Source: an uncultured Verrucomicrobiae bacterium (GTDB lineage Bacteria; Verrucomicrobiota; Verrucomicrobiia; Limisphaerales; UBA11358). Taken from it: a DNA stretch of 64,000 nucleotides. This document shows, in pieces, positions 44,898 through 54,689 of the stretch; within the stretch, counting starts at the first letter, position 1; every line of letters starts with the position of its first letter. The stretch spans positions 69,767 to 133,766 of the forward strand of contig CAVUVT010000008.1 in NCBI GenBank assembly GCA_963744965.1, read 5' to 3'. Position numbers and translations under genes: made by a program. A model generated the notes under the pieces. The model saw nothing but the letters and a program-made list of their open reading frames with translations, ran no database searches and was not told the DNA's origin.

Positions 44898-45904
44898 ACA
44901 AAGGCGTTTTGCTGGTCAATCTGGGTTCGCCGGACTCAACCTCCGTCGGCGACGTGCGGCGTTATTTGAATGAATTTCTCATGGACGGGCGGGTGATTGA
45001 CACGCCGTGGCTGCTGCGCCGGTTCATCGTGGGGATGATTCTCATCAACCGGCCGAAACAGGCCGCCGAGGCTTACAAGAAAATCTGGCTGCCCGAAGGT
45101 TCGCCGCTCATCGTCACGAGCAGACAGGTGCAGGCCGAACTGCAAAAGCGCGTCACCGTGCCGGTGGAACTGGCGATGCGTTATCAAAATCCTTCCATTC
45201 CAGAGGCGATTCGGAAATTGCGCGAACGCGGCGTGGACGAATTATTTCTGATACCGCTGTTCCCGCACTACGCGATGTCGAGTTACGAAACCGCGGTGGT
45301 GCGCGGGCGGGAGGTGGCGCGGGTGATCGCGCAGAACATGAAGGTGATCGTGCAGCCGCCCTACGGCGACGCGCCGGATTACATTGCCGCGCTGGCGGCG
45401 AGCGCGGCAAATCATCTGGAGGCGGGCTACGACCATTTGCTGTTCAGTTTTCACGGCATTCCGGAACGGCATCTGCGCAAGTCCGACCCGACTGGCGGCC
45501 ATTGTTTGACCGCGCCGAATTGTTGTGAAACCGAAAGCCCGGCGCACGCGACATGTTACCGCGCGCAATGTTTCAAAACGGTGGCGGCATTTGTTGCAAA
45601 AGCGGGCGTCCCCGTGAACCGGTATTCGATTTCGTTCCAATCCCGGCTTGGTCGCGACCCATGGCTGAAGCCGTACACGGATTTTGAACTGGCCGAATTG
45701 CCAAAGCGCGGAGTCAAAAAGCTCCTGGTCATCTGCCCGGCTTTTGTTTCCGATTGTCTGGAGACACTGGAAGAAATCGGCATTCGGGGGCGGAGAACAT
45801 TTTTAGAGGCGGGCGGAAAGGAGTTCGCGCAAATTCCGTGTCTCAACGGACATCCGCTCTGGCTTACGGCGCTGGAGAAGATGGCCCGGCAATTTTTGGA
45901 ATAA
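44894..45904 (+). CDS. hemH: ferrochelatase
   Basis: MNKGVLLVNLGSPDS...VRRYLNEFL. ATGA overlap with hemY. Confidence 0.95.
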   Translation: MNKGVLLVNLGSPDSTSVGDVRRYLNEFLMDGRVIDTPWLLRRFIVGMILINRPKQAAEAYKKIWLPEGSPLIVTSRQVQAELQKRVTVPVELAMRYQNPSIPEAIRKLRERGVDELFLIPLFPHYAMSSYETAVVRGREVARVIAQNMKVIVQPPYGDAPDYIAALAASAANHLEAGYDHLLFSFHGIPERHLRKSDPTGGHCLTAPNCCETESPAHATCYRAQCFKTVAAFVAKAGVPVNRYSISFQSRLGRDPWLKPYTDFELAELPKRGVKKLLVICPAFVSDCLETLEEIGIRGRRTFLEAGGKEFAQIPCLNGHPLWLTALEKMARQFLE

Positions 45905-45937
45905 CCATCGCCGTCTTGAAGCCGCAGCCAGCACTTT

Positions 45938-46546
45938 TTAAAATTTCTCGCGTTTGATGGGATTCCGGAACCGGATTTTGACGGTATCCAGCAATGAGCC
46001 GATGAACGTTTTTTTCTTCACCGGTTTCACGACTTCAATGGGTTCACACTTGTGGCTGCAAAGCGTGCAAAGGAACAGCGGCAGGCCGCCTTTACGTTGT
46101 ATCACATGCACGCAATTGTTGCACATCACCTCGTTGCAATGGGTGCATTTGTAGGTGACCGGAAACTGGGAATGGCGCGGGCAGAGGATCACGCCGCCTT
46201 CCAGCACCACCGGCGGTTTGGGCCGCTCGCGCTCAAATTTGGGAATCGCGACGTTGACCTCGGTGGATTCGATGAATAATTCCACGTCGCCCAAGTTCAC
46301 TGTCTGGCCGGGAAGCAGCCACGCTTCCTTGACCGGATCGCCGTTGACGAATGTGCCGTTGGTCGAGTCGCAATCGCGAATCAACACGCCTTCGCTCGAC
46401 AACACCAGTTCGCAGTGGTTGGTGGAAACGGTGGGATGTTCAATGGGAAAATCAGAGTCGGGGTCGCGCCCGACGCGATTGGTGCCAAAACGCAACTCAA
46501 GCGTCTGGTTTTCCAAACCCTCGGTCTTGATGAGCAGTCTGGCCAT
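45938..46546 (-). CDS. FHA-domain protein with C-terminal Cys-rich zinc-ribbon region
   Basis: FHA core RVGRDPDSDFPIEHPTVSTNHCEL...STNGTFVNG. C-terminus CPRH..CTHC..CNNC..CTLCSHKC. Confidence 0.8.
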   Translation of the reverse strand: MARLLIKTEGLENQTLELRFGTNRVGRDPDSDFPIEHPTVSTNHCELVLSSEGVLIRDCDSTNGTFVNGDPVKEAWLLPGQTVNLGDVELFIESTEVNVAIPKFERERPKPPVVLEGGVILCPRHSQFPVTYKCTHCNEVMCNNCVHVIQRKGGLPLFLCTLCSHKCEPIEVVKPVKKKTFIGSLLDTVKIRFRNPIKREKF

Positions 46547-46671
46547 ATTTCCTCCGAACTTAGTCAACTTTGCACCCCCGAAGAACAAAAGTCGAGCGGA
46601 AAATGGGGGATGGTGCAGCCTGAATTATGACGATAAAGATTGGGAATTGGTATCAACCGGACCCATTGGGT

Positions 46672-47034
46672 TCACGGCAACGGGTTGTGCGCAAAGGCAA
46701 ACTCCCCGACAATTTTCCCGCCGATCAAATGCTCCTGAATTATCCGTTCCAGCACTTCCGGCGCGCAGGAGTGGTACCAGACGCCTTCGGGATAAACGAC
46801 CGCGATCGGCCCGCGCACGCACACGCGCAGGCAGTTGGCCTTGGTGCGATAAACCAGCGGCTCCGGGCCGGCGAGGTTCAGTTCCTTGAGCCGCCGTTTC
46901 AAAAATTCCCACGCGGCCAGTCCGCGCTCCTGCGTGCAACACTTCGGTCCCGTCTGGTCGGCACAAAGAAAAATGTGGCGCCGGAATTTTTCGAGGCCGA
47001 GCGATTCAACAGCGGCTTGAAGTTCGTCTTTCAT
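46672..47034 (-). CDS. thioredoxin-like [2Fe-2S] ferredoxin family protein
   Basis: [13 protein letters not shown] ... CLRVCVRGP ... VWY pattern. Confidence 0.65.
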   Translation of the reverse strand: MKDELQAAVESLGLEKFRRHIFLCADQTGPKCCTQERGLAAWEFLKRRLKELNLAGPEPLVYRTKANCLRVCVRGPIAVVYPEGVWYHSCAPEVLERIIQEHLIGGKIVGEFAFAHNPLP

Positions 47035-47122
47035 AAAAATCGTCCCCGTTCTTGATCCGCAACCGTTTTTCGAGGAGGAGGACGGGAACGAGGACGAATG
47101 GAAATTTGTTTTCCAAAATGAT

Positions 47123-48040
47123 TCAATGCCAAAATGTCAGGCCCAACACGCCCGCGACGGCGATGAGGCCGCCGGCGAGCGACCGAGCGGTGATTTTTTC
47201 ACCCTCAAAAACGCGCGCCAGCGGCAGCATGACGATGGGGGTCATGGCGATGATGGCCGTGACAATGCCGGTGGGCGTGTTTTCAAGCGCCCATTGCATG
47301 CAACTTACGCCGACCGTCTGGCCGGCAAGGCTGTTGGCCAGAATCCACGGCCAGAGCCTGAATTTTTCGCGCGGAGAAAATGAATCCATCATTTGCGCAT
47401 CGTCGCCTCGCCGCCGGATGTGCCGCCATTTCACAATCAGAAAAATCAAACCGAGAGCGACGGCACCGCCGATGACGCGCTGGTAACCGGTCGTGCCGGG
47501 GTCGGGATGTTCGCCGGCCGCGTGCGCGACGAAATAGGCTTTGCGGCTCAACACCGCGCCGAACGCGCCGCCAAGCGCGGCAATGGCGCTGGCCAGAATG
47601 CCAATCCACCACCGGCGCGGGGCGATTTTCAAATGATCGCCCGGCGCGAGCGCAACCACCACCCCGGTGAGAATCACGGCCACGCAAAAAATTTCCGCAA
47701 GGTTCAGCCGGGTGCCGAGCCAGAGCCATTCGATGAGCGTGGCGAACGGCGCGATGAGGCATTGCGTGAGCAGGACGGTCCGGCGGCTGCCCAGCCGCGG
47801 CAACGCCTGGAAATACGCGGTGTCGCCGAGGCCGATGCCGGCCAGTCCGCTCAGGACAAAAACGGGGAAGGCCGCGCCGCTCGTGCCCGCGCCCAGCGTG
47901 TTAGCCCAAATCGCCAGGAAAAACATCGCGCCGCAGATGCGCCAGAAATTCGCCTCCACGCCGCCGAGCCGCGTCGAGGTGCGATGGCCGCAAATGGCGG
48001 AGATGGAAAACAACAGGGTGGTGAGCAGTGCGGCGAACAT
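47123..48040 (-). CDS. EamA/DMT family transporter
   Basis: 305 aa with about 10 TM helices in two similar halves. Confidence 0.85.
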   Translation of the reverse strand: MFAALLTTLLFSISAICGHRTSTRLGGVEANFWRICGAMFFLAIWANTLGAGTSGAAFPVFVLSGLAGIGLGDTAYFQALPRLGSRRTVLLTQCLIAPFATLIEWLWLGTRLNLAEIFCVAVILTGVVVALAPGDHLKIAPRRWWIGILASAIAALGGAFGAVLSRKAYFVAHAAGEHPDPGTTGYQRVIGGAVALGLIFLIVKWRHIRRRGDDAQMMDSFSPREKFRLWPWILANSLAGQTVGVSCMQWALENTPTGIVTAIIAMTPIVMLPLARVFEGEKITARSLAGGLIAVAGVLGLTFWH

Positions 48041-48108
48041 GTCGGGTGCGAACGGACAATTTTAGGCGTGGAAATCCGGTTTGCCGATTGCGCCGGGCGG
48101 ATGAGCGG

Positions 48109-48498
48109 TCAGAGTTCCTCGTAATACTCGTCCGAGGCAATGTCACCGCCGGCTTCAGTTTCCACGCCGCTCTCGTGGAGGATTTTGGCGATGTCCGGCG
48201 CAACCCAGCGCTTGTTTTTATCCTTTCGGGAAACCGGTTTGATGCGGCAGCGGCCTTGACTGTCGCTTTCCAGAATGCCGCGCTCCCCCATCCGCATCAG
48301 GACCGCTTTGGCCCAGTCGGGGTCTTCGAAAAACCTCTTTTTGTTGCCGGCCCGCCGGGAAATCTCCATCGCGTTGACAAAGTCGGTTCCCCGCGTTTTG
48401 AGGAATTGAAAAATATCGCGCTCGTCTCCATCCATGACGCCAGTTTTGCAAACATTGCCGCCCGCGTCGAGAAATTTAACCGTCCGGTAATGGTGCAA
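48109..48498 (-). CDS. hypothetical protein (129 aa)
   Basis: ATG ORF with balanced composition and an acidic tail. No family recognised. Confidence 0.5.
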   Translation of the reverse strand: MHHYRTVKFLDAGGNVCKTGVMDGDERDIFQFLKTRGTDFVNAMEISRRAGNKKRFFEDPDWAKAVLMRMGERGILESDSQGRCRIKPVSRKDKNKRWVAPDIAKILHESGVETEAGGDIASDEYYEEL

Positions 48499-48510
48499 TT
48501 TCAGTTTTCG

Positions 48511-48588
48511 GTGGGGCGAGCGTACTCGCGAGCCGGCCTTAACGCGCCCAAGCCGAGCGGCGGCTGCTCGTCAATAGCCTCGCCCCAC
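48511..48588. repeat. GTGG-type REPIN-like palindrome
   Basis: GTGGGGCGAGCGTACTCGCGAGCC ... CCTCGCCCCAC. Confidence 0.6.
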
Positions 48589-48667
48589 CAAACTGTGCCA
48601 CTATCTGATTCCCAATCCCTTTGACGCCGCGTTTGCATGGCGTAAAATACGCCAGCGATTTTTCACC

Positions 48668-50128
48668 ATGCCCACACATTACCTCGCCTGCGACCTCGGT
48701 GCGGACAGCGGACGCCTCATGCTCGGCACGCTCGGCCACGGGATAATCACTTTGGAGGAACTGCATCGCTTTCCCAACGGCCCCGTCAAGGCCGCCGGTG
48801 CGCTGCACTGGAACATTGACGGCTTGTTCAATGAGTTGAAGGCCGGCCTGAAAAAGGCCGCCGCGCGCCGGTTGCCACTCGCCAGCATCAGCACGGATTC
48901 CTGGGGCGTGGATTACGTGCTTTACGACGAGCGCGGCCAGATCCTCCCGCCGGTGTGGCACTACCGCGATCCGCGCACTGCGGCCGGCGTGGAAAACGCC
49001 AAAGCCCGCGTGGACTGGCCGACGATTTACTCCGAAACCGGCATCCAGTTCATGGCGTTGAACACGATTTACCAGCTCGCCGCCGAGCCGCCGGCCCGCC
49101 TGGCCGGGGCAAAACAATTGTTGCTCATCGGAGACGCGTTCAATTACTTCTGTTCCGGCGTGGCGAGGAACGAGGTTTCGCTCGCCAGCACCACGCAGCT
49201 TTACAATCCGCAGACCAAAACGTGGTCGAAGAAACTTTTCCGCGCGCTGGGTTTGCGCGAGGAGCTGTTCGCACCCCTCTGCCCGTCCGGCACCCGGCTG
49301 GGGCCGCTGAAAAAAAACCTCGCGACCGAGACCGGCCTGCCGCAAATCGAAGTCATCGCGTCCTGTTCCCACGACACCGGCTCGGCGGTCGCCGCCGTTC
49401 CCGCGAGAGGAGAACATTGGGCCTGCCTCAGTTCCGGCACGTGGTCGGTCATGGGCGTTGAATGGCCGCATCCCGTCATCACCGGACAGGGCCGCGATCT
49501 CGGGTTCACCAACGAAATCGGCTTTGGCAACACCGTGCGCCTGCTCAAAAACACCGTCGGCCTCTGGCTGGTGCAGGAATGCCGCCGCCAGTGGATGAAA
49601 GAGGGGAAAAAATACGATTTTAACGCGCTCGAACAGCTTGCTACCACCGCGCCGCCATTTGTCTCGCTCATCAACCCCGGCGATCCGCGTTTTTTGAGCC
49701 CGGACGACATGCCGGACAAGATCGGCGGATTTTGCCGGGAAACCGGGCAGCCCGTGCCGGCCAATCACGGCGCGTTCGTGCGCTGCATTTACGAAAGCCT
49801 CGCGCTGTCCTATCGCGTCGTCCTGCGGCGGTTGGAACGGCTCATCGGCGGGAAAATCGAGCGATTGCATATCGTCGGGGGCGGCAGCCAGGCCATGCTG
49901 CTCAATCAATTTGCCGCCAATGCGTTGAAAATTCCCGTGCTGGCCGGCCCGACCGAGTGCGCCGCGCTCGGCAACATCCTGGTCCAGGCCATCACGCTCG
50001 GCCACCTGCCGTCGCACGCCGCCGCGCGCGAAGTCGTGCGGAATTCATTTGAGCTAAAGACCGTCACGCCGCAATCGGCTGCTGAATGGGACGCCGCCGC
50101 CGCGCGGTTTGAAAAACTGCCGGAGTGA
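48668..50128 (+). CDS. rhaB: FGGY-family sugar kinase, rhamnulokinase-like
   Basis: N-terminus YLACDLGADSGRLMLG...LHRFPN. Length is typical of FGGY kinases. Confidence 0.75.
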   Translation: MPTHYLACDLGADSGRLMLGTLGHGIITLEELHRFPNGPVKAAGALHWNIDGLFNELKAGLKKAAARRLPLASISTDSWGVDYVLYDERGQILPPVWHYRDPRTAAGVENAKARVDWPTIYSETGIQFMALNTIYQLAAEPPARLAGAKQLLLIGDAFNYFCSGVARNEVSLASTTQLYNPQTKTWSKKLFRALGLREELFAPLCPSGTRLGPLKKNLATETGLPQIEVIASCSHDTGSAVAAVPARGEHWACLSSGTWSVMGVEWPHPVITGQGRDLGFTNEIGFGNTVRLLKNTVGLWLVQECRRQWMKEGKKYDFNALEQLATTAPPFVSLINPGDPRFLSPDDMPDKIGGFCRETGQPVPANHGAFVRCIYESLALSYRVVLRRLERLIGGKIERLHIVGGGSQAMLLNQFAANALKIPVLAGPTECAALGNILVQAITLGHLPSHAAAREVVRNSFELKTVTPQSAAEWDAAAARFEKLPE

Positions 50129-50297
50129 CGTTAGGTTCCGCTTAACAGAGAAATGGCAATCTTGGATGCCGTCTCCACAGTGGTTGTTTAACCGAGTCGA
50201 AGGATGGGTGCGTGGCACCAAAGCAGGTTTGATTTTTAACGATAATTCTCCACCCGGCGAACATTGGTCTGAAAAACGCTCTGTTTCAGCCATTATC

Positions 50298-52334
50298 ATG
50301 CAGTGGTGGACGTATCAACAACTGCGGGCCAGCAGCGCCAAAACGCGCCTGGCAGTGGTCGAAAAACTTGCGCAATCGGAAAACGCCGATTCCGTCGGGC
50401 CGCTGATTTTTGCCGTCAAGGATGAGGACACCGGCGTGCGTTGCGCGGCCGCGCGGGCGTTGGGCCGCTTTCAAGACCGGCGCGCGACGGAACCTTTGAT
50501 CCAGATGCTGCGCGACGCGGTTCCGCTGGCCCGGGCGGCGGCGGCGGAAGCTTTGGGGAAACTCGGGGATCTGCAGGCGGTGAACTGGCTGGTGGCCATG
50601 CTGCGGGACAACGATCCGCAGGTGCGCACCATCGCCGCCCGCAGTTTGGAAAAACTTGGCTGGCGGCCCGGTACGGATTCCCAGCGGGTGCTGCAAATTC
50701 TGGCGACGGGCAAACGACATCAGATTGCGGCGTTGGGGGCTGAGGCCATCGAACCGCTGTTGGAAATGCTGGACACCGGCCCGCCGAACAAACAGCTCGA
50801 GGCGGTCAAAACCCTGGGGGAAATCAACGAACCGCCCGTCGTTCATGCGATGTTGCGGGCGTTGAAAAAAGGCAGCCCGGCCGTGCGCATTGCGGCGCTG
50901 GAAGCTTTGGAACAATTTGCCGACCCGTCCACTTACGCCGAAGTGGAACGGCTGCTGGGAGACTCCAATGCCAATGTGCGTGGCGCCGCCGTGGATACCG
51001 TGGCCCGTTGCGGCGGAGCTCAGGCGGTGCCGCCGTTGTTGTGTATTTTGAAGGACTCCTCCTGGGAGGTCCGTCGGGCCGCCGCCAAGGCGCTGGGGCT
51101 TTTGGGTGGAGCCTCGGCGGTGGAGGGACTTTGCGGATTGCTGCGCGATCGGGACCGCGACGTGCGGGAAAGCGCCATCGTGGCCTTGGGGCAGATCTGC
51201 GATGCGCGCGCGATTTACCTGCTGGTCTTGTCGTTGCTCGATCCCGAGAGCTGCGTCCGCAATGCCGCCGCCAACTCGTTGCAAAACGTGGACCGGCATT
51301 GGCAGCAGGCCGAGGGCGTCCGGCAGGCGCTGCCGGAGATCAAAGCGGCCTTGAAACACCGGGATTACTGGGTCCGGCACAGCGCCGCCAAATTGTTGGA
51401 ACAACTCCAAGTTGATCCGAACGCCGTGGAACCTGCGCCCCCCGCGGCGTTGCCGCCGCCACCGGCCCGTGATTTACCGGCAGCGGTCCCGCCCCTCCCG
51501 GCCGATTTGACCATCGGCTCGGACCGGGATTTGCGGCTGGCGGCGCCGTTGAATGATGGAAAGATGAACAGCCCGAAGCAGCACCAGATTTTGTTCGTGG
51601 ATGACGAGGATGTTTTCCTGGAAACCGTCCGCGATTTGTTTGTCGTCCTGAGCAATAACACCTGGCGGGTCCACTGCGCCGCCTCGGCCGACCAGGCCTT
51701 GGGAATCCTGAAGACAAACAAGATCGAACTCGCCATCGTGGACATCGTCATGCCGGTGCTGGATGGCGCGCAATTTCTCCGCATCCTCCAGCGGCGTTAT
51801 CCCGATTTGAAGAAAGCCATTCTTACCGGCAATGCCACCGAGGAAAACCGTTCCGACTGCCTGGCCAATGGCGCCGACCTGTTCATTGAGAAACCCCATT
51901 CGTCCGAGGGTTTGAAATCCATCTTCGTCATGCTGGACGAACTGATCACCTGGACGCCGCGCGAAGGGTTTCAAGGACTGCTCCGCCGGGTGGGACTGCA
52001 GGACGTCATCCAGATGGAATGTCTTGGCCGCAACTCATCCATCCTCGAAGTCCAGGACCAGCAGATGCGCGGGCGGATTTACATTGAAAATGGCAGCATC
52101 ATCCACGCCGCCGCCGGCAACGAGGCGGGCCAGCCCGCGTTGCAACATTTGCTGGCCCTGGCCGGCGGCTCGTTTGAACTCCTGCCCTTCGAGCCGCCGC
52201 CGCAGCGCACCATCGAAGGCCAGTGGGAATTTCTGCTCATGGAAGCCGCCCGGTTGCGCGACGAAACCGCGTCGCAACAATTGCCGGCCAATGCCAGTGC
52301 CACGGAATCTACGACGCTCCATCCGACCCGTTGA
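50298..52334 (+). CDS. HEAT-repeat protein fused to a response-regulator receiver and a DUF4388-like domain
   Basis: Many HEAT-like repeats (DxxVRxAAAxALG), REC (ILFVDDEDVFL...DIVMPVLDG) and C-terminus LQDVIQMECLGRNSSILEV. Confidence 0.8.
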   Translation: MQWWTYQQLRASSAKTRLAVVEKLAQSENADSVGPLIFAVKDEDTGVRCAAARALGRFQDRRATEPLIQMLRDAVPLARAAAAEALGKLGDLQAVNWLVAMLRDNDPQVRTIAARSLEKLGWRPGTDSQRVLQILATGKRHQIAALGAEAIEPLLEMLDTGPPNKQLEAVKTLGEINEPPVVHAMLRALKKGSPAVRIAALEALEQFADPSTYAEVERLLGDSNANVRGAAVDTVARCGGAQAVPPLLCILKDSSWEVRRAAAKALGLLGGASAVEGLCGLLRDRDRDVRESAIVALGQICDARAIYLLVLSLLDPESCVRNAAANSLQNVDRHWQQAEGVRQALPEIKAALKHRDYWVRHSAAKLLEQLQVDPNAVEPAPPAALPPPPARDLPAAVPPLPADLTIGSDRDLRLAAPLNDGKMNSPKQHQILFVDDEDVFLETVRDLFVVLSNNTWRVHCAASADQALGILKTNKIELAIVDIVMPVLDGAQFLRILQRRYPDLKKAILTGNATEENRSDCLANGADLFIEKPHSSEGLKSIFVMLDELITWTPREGFQGLLRRVGLQDVIQMECLGRNSSILEVQDQQMRGRIYIENGSIIHAAAGNEAGQPALQHLLALAGGSFELLPFEPPPQRTIEGQWEFLLMEAARLRDETASQQLPANASATESTTLHPTR

Positions 52335-52384
52335 TTCCCCTGTTTTTCCTTTTCCCCTTTTCCATTCGCCTTCATCCTGACGGC

Positions 52385-53236
52385 GTGGAATTGTCCGCCG
52401 CAGAAATCCGTCAAGCCGTCCAAGCCGCCCTTGCCGAAGACATCGGCAGCGGCGACGCCACGACGCTCGCCACCGTGCCCGAAACCGCGACGGCCAAAGC
52501 GGTCCTGCGCGCGCGGGAACCGCTCGTCGTTGCCGGGCTCGATTTCGCCGAGGCCGCCTTCCGCAAACTTTCCGCCGCAGTCAAAATCGAGCGGTTGGCC
52601 AAAGACAGCCAGCGCGTCAGTGGTGGGGAAATTTTGCTGAAAATTTCCGGCCCGGCGCGCGCGATTTTGAGCGCCGAGCGCGTGGCGTTGAATTTTGTCC
52701 AGCGGCTTTCCGGCATTGCCACGTTGACCGCGCTGTTCGTGGATGCCGTCAAAGACACGCCGGCACAGATTCTGGATACGCGCAAAACGACGCCCGGCTG
52801 GCGGCGGTTCGAGAAATACGCCGTCACCTGCGGCGGCGGACACAACCATCGCCTGGGCTTGTTCGACCTGGTGCTCATCAAGGACAACCACCTCGCCGCG
52901 CTGCGTGACGCCCAACCGAACGCCATCGTCGCCGCCGTCCGGCGCGCGCGCGAAAAATTTCCGCAACTGAAGATCGAAATCGAGGCTGACACGCTGGAGC
53001 AGGCTGAACAGGCCGCCGCCGCGGGCGCGGACATCATCCTGCTCGACAACATGAATCCCGTGCAGTTGCGGCTGGCGGTGCAGAAAATCAAGGGCCGCGC
53101 GAAAACCGAGGCCAGCGGCGGGGTGAACCTGGCCGGCGTTCAGGCAATTGCAAAAACCGGGGTGGATTTCATTTCCGTCGGTGCGCTGACGCATTCGGCG
53201 CGCGCGGTGGACATGGGATTGGATTTTGAAAACTGA
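52385..53236 (+). CDS. nadC: nicotinate-nucleotide diphosphorylase (quinolinate phosphoribosyltransferase)
   Basis: EDIGSGDATT, RKTTPGWR and LDNM motifs. GTG start chosen to give about 283 aa. Confidence 0.88.
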   Translation: MELSAAEIRQAVQAALAEDIGSGDATTLATVPETATAKAVLRAREPLVVAGLDFAEAAFRKLSAAVKIERLAKDSQRVSGGEILLKISGPARAILSAERVALNFVQRLSGIATLTALFVDAVKDTPAQILDTRKTTPGWRRFEKYAVTCGGGHNHRLGLFDLVLIKDNHLAALRDAQPNAIVAAVRRAREKFPQLKIEIEADTLEQAEQAAAAGADIILLDNMNPVQLRLAVQKIKGRAKTEASGGVNLAGVQAIAKTGVDFISVGALTHSARAVDMGLDFEN

Positions 53237-53240
53237 CTTG

Positions 53241-53568
53241 AGCCACAGATGAACACAGATGAAACACAGATTTTCAAAAATGACGCTTCACCAGAAACTT
53301 GATTGGCTGATTGACCAGTGGTGTGAACGCAGAGCGGTGCGGCCACTGAAATGTCTTTTACGGGCTTATCCTGGTGTGCTGGTTCACAAAGACCAGTTTG
53401 GTGATTTGCTTGAAGCCCGCCGGGATGCAAAAGGTTTGTGTCGAGACGAATTAACCCAAGATGAACTTGGATATGTACTCTCATCCATCAATGAACTGGA
53501 AGATTGCATGAAACAGAAAACTAAATGATTTGGCTTCATCTGTGTTCAATCTGTGTTCATCTGTGGCT
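53241..53568. mobile_element. AGCCACAGAT-type inverted-repeat cassette carrying one small ORF
   Basis: Left arm AGCCACAGATGAACACAGATGAAACACAGAT. Right arm ATCTGTGTTCAATCTGTGTTCATCTGTGGCT. Same terminal family as 43319-43463. Confidence 0.7.
53280..53528 (+). CDS. hypothetical small protein (82 aa; 89 aa if started at 53259)
   Basis: MTLHQKLDWLIDQWCERRAV... with helical composition and lower GC. No family recognised. Confidence 0.45.
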   Translation: MTLHQKLDWLIDQWCERRAVRPLKCLLRAYPGVLVHKDQFGDLLEARRDAKGLCRDELTQDELGYVLSSINELEDCMKQKTK

Positions 53569-53576
53569 AAAATAAA

Positions 53577-54604
53577 ATGACGACGGACGCAAAAATTCTT
53601 TCCGCATTGCGCGAGAATGCCGCCGGGGTTTCGGGCGCGGACCTGGCCGGGCAGTTGGGCGTCACACGCGCGGCGGTCTGGGGGCGCATCGAGCAGTTGC
53701 GCCAGCTCGGCTACGAAATCGAGGCCGGCCCGCATTTTGGCTACCGGCTGGTCAGCACGCCGGATGTGTTGCACGCCGACGATTTGCTCGCCCGGCTTGG
53801 AGGGAAGCGCTTCGTCGCTTCCCCAAATAAAATGGGCATTGACGAAGCAATGCCTTCCAAAATCATCGGCCGCGACATCCGCGTGTTCGAGCAAACGACC
53901 TCGACGAACGACGTGATCGAAAAACTCGCCCGCGACGGCGTCAAGGAGGGTGCGGTCGTTTTTGCCGAGTCGCAGACGAAGGGCCGGGGCCGGCTGGGCG
54001 CAAATGGATTTCGCCCGAACGGAAGGGACTTTGGTTTTCCGTTTTGCTGCGACCGGCTTTGCGCCCGCAGGAAGCGACGCAATTGACGGTCGCTTCCGCA
54101 ACGGCCCTGCGCCGCGCGATTCAATCCGAAACCGGTTTGCATCCCGAAATCAAATGGCCGAACGACATTTTGATTGGGGGAAAAAAAGTCGCGGGCATCT
54201 TGACCGAGCTGAACGCGGAACTGGACCGGGTCCGTCACATCATCCTGGGCATCGGCGTGGACGTAAATTTGAACCCGAGCGAGTTTCCGGCGGAGTTGCG
54301 CAAGGTGGCGACCTCGCTCAAAATTGAATCGGGCAAAACAATTTCGCGCCCGGAACTGGCGACGGCGATTTTGCGCGAGCTGGATAACGATTACGCAAGG
54401 ATTTGCGGCGGCGGCTTCGCGGCGGTGGCGGACGAATGGGAAGCGCATTGCCAGACGATTGGCCGCAACGTGACGATTCAAACCGGTGAGCGCAGAATTC
54501 GCGGTTGCGCGGAGTCGTTGGATGACGACGGCGCGTTGCTGCTGCGCACCGAGCACGGGCATCTGGAGCGCGTCACCGGCGGCGATGTGACGCTGGAGAA
54601 ATGA
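53577..54604 (+). pseudogene. birA: bifunctional biotin--protein ligase/repressor BirA, split by an apparent 1-nt deletion
   Basis: HTH N-terminus and AESQTKGRGRLG are in frame 0. KWISPERKGLWFSVLLRP...KWPNDILIGGKKVAGIL is in the -1 frame. The frames join at the GGG run at 53996-53998. Confidence 0.88.
53799..53858. repeat. family 3 double-hairpin element inside birA (60 nt)
   Basis: GGAGGGAAGCGCTTCGTCGCTTCCCC...GGGCATTGACGAAGCAATGCCTTCC, translated as GGKRFVASPNKMGIDEAMPS. Confidence 0.85.
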
Positions 54605-54614
54605 AATTGGTTAT

Positions 54615-54675
54615 ACGAGTTAAATGAGTTAAACAAACTGGTGGAGCGCGGCACTCGTTTAACTCATTTAACTTA
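54615..54675. repeat. inverted repeat built from GAGTTAAAY 9-mers
   Basis: ACGAGTTAAATGAGTTAAAC ... GTTTAACTCATTTAACT, between birA and coaX. Confidence 0.7.
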
Positions 54676-54689
54676 TTTGACTGGTTCAC

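Noticed and set aside
48539-50017. 492-aa minus-strand ORF
   Set aside because: Antisense to the FGGY kinase gene. High-GC shadow ORF.
52079-53194. 371-aa minus-strand ORF
   Set aside because: Antisense to nadC and the end of the HEAT/REC gene. No motifs.
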